A DNA stretch of 64,000 nt from Veleropilina oligotropha (lineage: Eukaryota), in the NCBI GenBank assembly GCA_048128005.1, contig JBEUKZ010000125.1:1-64000 (forward strand), written 5' to 3'. Under the pieces are notes generated by a model. It was not told the origin of the DNA. It ran no database searches and worked only from the letters and a program-made list of their open reading frames with translations. Shown here piece after piece: positions 51,301 through 60,300 of this stretch; position 1 is the first letter of the stretch; each line of letters starts with the position of its first letter. A program made the translations under genes and the position numbers.

Positions 51301-54300
51301 TAAGCATCATTGCCAGAATTTTTCTATTTTGTGTCAATCTCCATGAGATATTTGTATCCCTCTTCCATGAGATAATATTTGTATCCCAGTTTCAAATGTT
51401 TTTCAGCTGGGTAATATTGGGAACTTTCACTTTAATGGAAGCAATTTTATTTATGATCTGTATTTATAGAAATTTCACTAGCGAAAAGGAAAATGTTTGT
51501 ATTATGTTTAAATTTTTAATGGCCATAAACGTTTGCAAAACTACATTTCATGATTTTCAGCTCGAAATTAAGAAATAAAAAGTACATCTTATTTTATGGA
51601 TTTCAGTACAGTTAACTTGAATGAATGAATATCGTTATATATGAAATTTACATTATCTACAGACAACTCAAATCTGCGGGAGATTACACGAAGATCTGGT
51701 TGGGTCTGAAGCGAACACGTGATGGCAGCTGGGCATGGAGTGATGACACCAATTATGAAGTGAGTAAAGGCGCCCGGGTGTTGATTAATTTCAGGCCGCT
51801 CGTACCCCCAGAGGCTATTAGATCTAGAGGCAGGCGCTTATTAATTTTGTCGACTATATTAGATTTCAAAACTTAATGTATTCACTTGTTCTTAAGATGA
51901 AAGAAAGCAACATACAACACTTGGATGCTTCCAGACAACACCCAGCCAAACTATGCAAGTGAACAAAGTATGCTTTATTTTTTGCGCATTGCTATTGACA
52001 TAGCATGAGGATAACTGGGGCTGACCCCGTGCTTATAGAGGCCTGGCGCATATCAATTTCAATACACTCATCCCCCAGCGCCTGTTAGAGGCTGGCTCTT
52101 ATTGGACGTCCGGCGCCTATTAGAATCTTGATGTTATATGCTGTTTGTACTTGAGCGAGACCATTATCATGGCCATATATATCTTTTTCTTATATATGAC
52201 TTTTATGTGTTAGATTTCGCAATGACTCCGTATACCATTCTCACTACATGGTTTCAATAATATGTTATAGATGTGTCTAAACAACACATAGTTTGTCTAG
52301 CTCGCTGAGGGAGGTGCATCGAAGCACCCCAAAAGCCTGACTTGAGAATTATATTTACCTACAATATATGATGATCTAAGCTTTCATACACTCACCCATT
52401 TCTCATTTTTCATGACTTTTTGATGACATCACCAGGGGTACCAAATGCATTAACAACACTGTTAATTCATTTGAATAGTTGAATATATGCAGGATATTCT
52501 GTGACGTAAATCAATTTAGTTTTACGACCATATTTTAACAATTGTCTTTAATATGAAACTTGATATGTAAAGTCCCCCTTCAAAAGACTGGTAACATGTT
52601 TTCAAGCCATCCTTTTTATTAGTTTAATTATGCCACCACCAATTTATTGGGGTGGCATTTAGATTTACTCTTGTCCGTCCCGTCCGTCCGTCCCGTCCCG
52701 TCCGTCCCGAAACCAGTATTTGCGTGTAAGCAACTCCAATCTGCTATAACTTCTATTTGCCTTCATGGATTGACTTGATACTTTGTACACTTGCTTATCA
52801 TCATTCATGCTTCGCTTCTGCGACCCATCGATGTCGCCAGTGGGGGCATTCGTGTCCGATGGACACATTTCTAGTTAAGCCAGCAAGAATTAAACTTGCG
52901 CCCTACTGTCACACATAATTTTTTCTGACGGTCTTGCATTTTATCGCTAGAAGGCAGTATGATATATGTTTGAATATTTACAATTTTCCACAAGGATGTG
53001 AATACTCAACATTTTCTTGAAGAGATAATATAACATCAGATAATATAACATCAGATAATATAACATCAGATAATATAACATCAGATAATATAACATCAGA
53101 TCCTGTTCTTATAAATCAAGACAATATGAGATTGAAATTTGTGGTATTGTGATACACTTCTATGATTGATTGGAAGAAACTCGACAAGGAATACCTGTAA
53201 TCTCTACGACTAATAGTTCTCATCTAGAGCAGAAAACCAAAACCCAGAAGTGACGTCATTTAAAATCCAGATTCGACACATAGTCAAACATACCAACAGA
53301 GCAATTTCGAAACCCTACATGGGCAATGGTAGCAACTATTTTGTCTGATGGCAAGTTTTTCTTTAGGCCGGCTACACAAACTGGCGCGAAGATACTCTCG
53401 GGAAGACCTCGTTCTCTGCCTGTACCGCGATGGCCCCAGCTTCCAACCAGGATGTTAAGTGGGTGGACCGCAGCTGTGGAAATGCCTATCACTTCATATG
53501 CAAAGGAACACCAGAAGACGTGAAAGAGTACGACTGTAAGTATTAATGTTTATGATGTTTAGATGTGGGGTCTTTCTATATAATATTTCTCTGCCTCCGT
53601 GATGGTGTAAAACCATGTTTCATTAAAGCTCACTGAAGAAGCCAGCTGTGGTAGATGGGGAACAGCTGGTAATTCTGGTGACGGTTCATCATTGGTTTTT
53701 GTTCACGAATATATTCACAATTCGAAAACATCAAAATAATTTGTTTCAGCACAATTAAATATTTTACATTATTTCTTGTTAAAACTTGCTGCCTGGGTTA
53801 GGCCAAACAAAAAATTTATTATGTTTCTGGTTTCCGCGCACATCAGTTCCAACCCCTGCGCTTCAATATTTTTTATTTTTTGTAAAAAAGGACAAGACAT
53901 TATCAAATGGTCCGTGTGCATATACTGTAATTAGGGTTTCGTTTCTAAGAAACGTGATCGCGCGCCAACTGTCTGGGCAAAAACAATCTTTGACAAAACG
54001 CAAAATATACCACTACAGGAATATATTGCATATAGATAGATATTCTATTGAAATAACATGGATAAAGTTACCTAATAATACCTTCATGCTGTAAATATTA
54101 TGCAGTCTTTACTCAATGAAAATGTTATAAATTTGTGGCAATTCACGCAGACAAAACAGTCCCTACTAATGGTGGCTAGCCATGTCTGGATTTCCCTCCC
54201 TCTCGGCTGTTCCAGTAACGTTAATAGACGGAACAGCCAAATTTGCTCCAGAGATCAAAGGCAAGAGTTTATCAACAGATCTGAGGAAACACGTCACAAG

Positions 54301-57300
54301 CACGATCCCTAATTTGCATACATGTCGCAAAACACAGTTCTGGGCACTGACACCAATATTAAAGAAAGGTCAAAGTTTATGAAATGGATTATTTATTGGA
54401 GGGAAAATAAAAATGAAAGGGCACAGAAAGAGAAAACAACAAATTAAGCAATATAAAAAATAATAATGCATGATCATGATGACAAAATAAAAAGTTATTT
54501 TATAATTACAAGAAACATAATAGTGAACACTGAATTGACTGTATATGTATGTATACAATGCACACACGCACATATATATATATATATATAATATATATAC
54601 CCTCGATTTATTTGAAAACTACTGGATTAAATTTCACTAAAATTGGAATATAGGCATTCCCACGAGTATTTATAGGTCGTGTTAAACTTTCGTGACACAA
54701 TATTTGCAAGATGTGCATAATATAGCAACTTTTATCCATCGCATTACTAAAGAATACTAGTTATTAATTCCTAAGACGTCATTTTGTTGCAGTTTCTATT
54801 TTTGCTCTTTGGAAGTATACCATGCTGAAATAAAATGCCCAAGATAAAAAAACAAAAAACGCATGGCCGCATCATTTCTCAGTTGAACATGATACCAGAA
54901 ACATAACATTATTTTTAATGGGCAAAAGAAAAATCATATTCAATTTCAAAAATACCGTTCGACATTTCATTGACTTCTGGCCTTTCTTTGAAAACTTTCA
55001 TTGCCACACAGTAACGAAAAAAGTTTGTTATTACTACAAGATAAAATTTGTTCCATGGGTTAAACATTGACAATGAAAAAGCCTCTTCGTTTTTCTCAAT
55101 ATTTTTTAATATTTAATAAATTTCTGGCACTTGTCTGAAAATATCAAGAAAATTGGAAATATTTTGTTTCAGATAAAGAACATGACTATTTAATGTAATA
55201 AATATTTCATTGAAAAAACAACAGCATAATTATAGGGAGTGTATCATTTACGTTTCTCTTGTTTAATATAATTCAGGTCGTACCGGTTCTTTCTCATGTC
55301 CCGCCAACTCGCGTTGTCGTGGATCAAGACTTGGATACCACTGTGTCTGTAGCCGTGGTTACACACCAATGAGGAATGGCGGCCAGCTAAGCTGCTACAG
55401 TACGTACTTCACCAGTAATATAATGGGTAGTAGTTTCATGCAAGCTGCTACAGTACGTACTTCACCAGTAATATAATGGGTAGTAGTTTCATACAAGCCA
55501 AATGATGAGGGATCATTGCTCTTACATTAAGTTATAATTTTGCGTGGAAATTTTACTTTTCAGAAAATTAGTATTGCATGTTACGATTAATTTAAATCCA
55601 TTAATTTAAAGCCATTAATTTAAAGCCATTAATTTAGATTGTTGCATTAATACCTTGTTAACTCTTTAGCGACCAAATTAATTCCGCGAAACCGTAGTTG
55701 ACAGCCATGTATAGATTGTAAATTGTCTATATATAATTATCCTTAATATCACTCAAAAACTTATAAAACTATATATCAGAGGTTTCAGAAATGAATAAGC
55801 TTTCAGATGATGATAATGGTTATTTATTATTATATAATTTGGTCATATTTATTGTAGGTATAATATATTGATAGAATAAGAAAATGAAATACAATGTATA
55901 AAAAAATGAGTTCCATGACTAATATTTCATAATTTTAACAAATGTTCATACATTATCTTATATATTATGTGAAAGTATCCATATATATATGAACAGTTTG
56001 GTGTAAAAGCATTAGTCTACATCCTGATGAAGAGTCCCAGTGGTACTTGACATGATATAGTTGTTGTTTTTTTTAAATGTTGAAAAAACACCCGGGGTCA
56101 CGATGAAACGATATAACGCGAGAAGTACCAGTATTTTCAATGAATGGTGTGTCTTTTTAGGGTATAATATCGTTATGATGAAATCTCTTTCATTTCGGAC
56201 TGAGTCGGCTACTCTCTAGCTGGCGTCTGCATCGTGAATTGAATGGAACACGACAATCCTGAGGCGGCTCCACAGATTCCAGATTATCCGAATAGCACTG
56301 AACAAATAAATAAATAATAAATACAATGCATAAGATATAATTATGTCTCCCCATCCGAAGGATGGCAGAGACATATTGTTTTAAACTCCGTTCTCCTTCT
56401 CTTTCTCCTCCTTCTTCCTCACTTTTCTTGTCTGGCCTAGATCTCAGGTCCTATACGTGCCAGCATTATTTCCTTTGGTAAATTAAACCGTTCAGGCATG
56501 CCATTGTGCTTTTTGGCAAAATTTCACGAAAAAAACTTTCGACCTTGAAGTAATGACCGTTGACCCCGAAATCGTGTCCGACCTGGTTCTCGGAGACTTC
56601 AAATCTTATCCTTCTAATTTCTTTGTAGATGCATGGCCCACACCCCAGGCATGTGCAGGGCGCTAAAATTTTGACCTTGGCACTGTGAACTTGATAAACA
56701 ATTTCCATATTTGGGCATTTTTATATTTTGTTTTCTTCATTAATTTTCGCCAACTTTTCCCCTGTGGGTGAGTACATTAAATAGCTATGTTCAGTTTTGT
56801 TGTTCGGTCAAAGGTCAAGGTCACAGAGGTCAAAATGTACTTTCCTGATTCCATATTTGGGCATTTCCATATTTTATTGTTTCCTTAATTATTTTCTGTT
56901 CTGATCTAGAACCCATCTCAACTCTCTATGAGAGCATTACAGTCAAACTGCCACTGACGGGCGCTACGACTAATTATCACACAGACACACAAAAAACATT
57001 ATCACTTATTTCCAAATAATATATTAGATAATAAATTACGAAGTTATTACTTACTGTGGTAAAATCATCGTTACATTATATATTCAAGTCTGAAGAAATA
57101 ATTTCCTTTCTGCCACTCCCCCTCTTGATATCGCTGTGATAGTTCTGTATTTGACCTTCATGATCTGACACGCCGCTGGCCTCGATATAGAATTAGAAAC
57201 GGGCTGGATAGCCAACTATGTGAAACGTCTTTTGAAGTAATTTTTATGACTCTACCCACTGTGCTTTTCCCTTGGTGCCGACATAATGGTCTCTGTCAAT

Positions 57301-60300
57301 AACAGCAATAAAATTTGATGTCCGATAGATAAACCACCGATATAAGTTTTCCAGTGAAGTAAAGTTTGCAAATGGCGTCCTCGTCGAACACGTATATCAG
57401 GCATGAGACTTTTCCGGTTTTTACCGGAATTCCGGTTTTTTAACATCCCCAGCGATCGTTTTTCCAATTCGTCTAAATCCGAGGAGAATTTTTGAGGGGG
57501 TGCATACCTGTTAAAACGATTTGCAATGTCAGAATCCTACAAAAGTCTTTGTACATGTGCATAATTAGACAATATTTAATGCTACAATTAATTTTCTTAC
57601 CATATTAATTATGGAGATATAATTTTACTGGCAATCAGATTCGGTTTGCGTTTTATTCAACGAATGTCGCTATCAACCGCCATGTGTTCTTATCGCCGTG
57701 TATTGCGCATGCGCTCAGTCCTCCGATGTTCTCTGTATTTCAATAAAAATTCCGGTGCGAGATTATTCCGAAGTGCAAACGAATACTAGTGTATAAATCT
57801 CGTAGTTCTCGTGGTTGTAGCCTTAAAATTTCTCGGTGCGTGATTGTCACTTCCTGTAATTGCTTTTCTAACCACTGACAGAGCAATCGATGGAGGATTG
57901 TATATCCACGTTCATCTTCTTTAGTTTTACTCATCCAGAGACGCAAAATTGTGTTTATATATATAGTTAACATTTATTACTTTCGTTAATGGTCTTCAAT
58001 AATTAAGTTCATGGACGTTATTTTAATTTTTTATTTTTTATTAATTTTTTAATTTTTTAATTTTAACAATTTTTTTGAAAAATATGAATGTCATCTTCAT
58101 GATATGTTGGTATTTGGGAAGCACTGATAATGATCAAAAATGGGCTGGAATGCAGCTGAGAGCGTCTAGGGTCTCTGAGCTTCCAGGGGCCTGCGGCCCC
58201 TGGACCCCGGCTTATATTAGTCCAGTTCAGGTTTTTTCATAATTTCCCAGTCTCATGCCTGTATATGAAGAAGTACGGTCACCTGAGAGGCCCATGCATA
58301 AATTGACTTCCATAAAGCATGAAAACATATATATATATATTGGCTATTCAAACAAAAAGTGCGGTCACATACGACTGGCTATGTCACGAAAGAGTTAAGG
58401 CAACTAGATTTCAACAGTTATTATATCCCCGGACAATAGTCGGGGAAAGTATGGTTTAGTCATCATTCAACCACGTCCACAGAGATTTCTTTTGTGTGCT
58501 CTACCGTGAAAAATTCGGTATTCACGTTAGATATGATGACGACACCCGCCTAACGATTTTTGTCGTTTTCGGAGGAAAGATGGCGGCCAATTTCTTTTAC
58601 GAGAATACTTGTGCGCACTAGTACTCTACAATGAAAAGCTATTATCCGATTTGATAAGCGTATGATGAGGACACGACGCCTATCGATTTTTGCTGCCGTG
58701 GTAGGGGATACACCCCATCGACTTGCTGGGTCGAGAATTTGCTAGTTTCATAAGCATGTGTAGTATTTTCTCGCTGTTAATTTGTTGACAAAGATAAAAT
58801 GCCATTATTTACTGGTCTACTCTAGTACCCTCATGGTTTCCAATCCAAACGTCTTGAACAAAATATTTTCTCTGTTGTGAATATGTTAATAGCCAATTTT
58901 ATGATGTAAAAATATGAAATTTTATTAAATGAATAAGCTATTCTGGAGTTAAGGACTTGTGAACAAAAATGTACTTTTGCTAACATTTGGTGTAACTGTG
59001 TAAATATTACTGCTAGGATTTCATGGTATTACATTCATTGCCATGCAATTTGCTGACCATACATGCAAGTTTAGTCATTTTAGTAGGATGTAATCACACA
59101 AAAATAGACACAGAGATGTTTTATTTATAAATTGTCATACTGTTGCATTTTGATACAGATATCCACAATTCTGTGATTGGAACAGATGAGACATCATCTA
59201 AAACGAACAATAAAAGGAGAGTAAAATTTTGACCATGTGACTGGTTTTCCTGGACTGCCACACATTTTGTTTGAATTATTATGATACATTATTCGAATGA
59301 GCATAGATATATTATCATCCTGGAGAGATAAAATATAATATTTTCACAAATATTTGTCATGAGTTTTTGTCATCTTACAGAGCCTAAAGTGTGTTTGTCA
59401 AGCGGTGATCCACACATCCACACTCCAGACGGTCTCAAGATTCATTTCCAAGGAGTGTGTCGCTACACGCTTGCCAAACCATGTGAAAACCAGCTCGGCA
59501 CCCTGACAGACTTCCACGTTAAGGTGAAACAGGAGCATCGAAACGGGAGAGTCGGAGTGTCCTACAATAAGGCCGTCACCATCGACGTCTACGGATATTT
59601 TATCAAGTTTTACAAAGACAAAGTTTTCACCGTAAGTGGAGTAACATTCAGATTTTACTACAGTAGTAAAATTGGGAATGATATAATATAATTTATTACT
59701 CATGATGAGATCTTAGCATAGATTATGAAAAAATGTTTATACATGTAGTAAAAATGACAATTGGGATGAGAAACAGATTTTTCAATGGACTCATATGGGT
59801 TGTTCTAAGCACAGTTTTGAATACATTCTTTAGTGTTGACTATGTTGATGCTGCAACCATGCGGCAAGTGATTTATAATATAGATAACGTGTGAAATTAG
59901 TGTGTGTGGACAAAGAAATTTTGGTTAAAGTCGACTTTTAAATTAAATAAGTGAATTTACGTTGCTCCATGCCATTTTTGTATACATATTCTTTGGTAAT
60001 GCTTATATTGAAACTGCCTTTTAATCCAGCAATGATATTGAATATAATATAAATAATATAATATAATATAAATAAAGAATTAACTTGGTGTGTTTAGACA
60101 TATAAATTTTGGTTAAAGTTTATATCAGAGACATTGCGGAAGGCGGGGGATGAATCCATTTTCTAATAGCTTGCTACACTGGCTTTCTAACTATACTAAA
60201 TTTGTGTGGTCTTAACCATTACCTAATCTCAAAATATGTATAGTAAATATCTCATACATCTAGTAAACATCCATTTAAGTAACTAAACATGATTAATAGA

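Noticed and set aside
53630..53690. Hammerhead-ribozyme-like CTGAAGA core (also CTGATGA at about 56024)
   Set aside because: No intact GAAA core or convincing flanking stems. At most decayed remnants.
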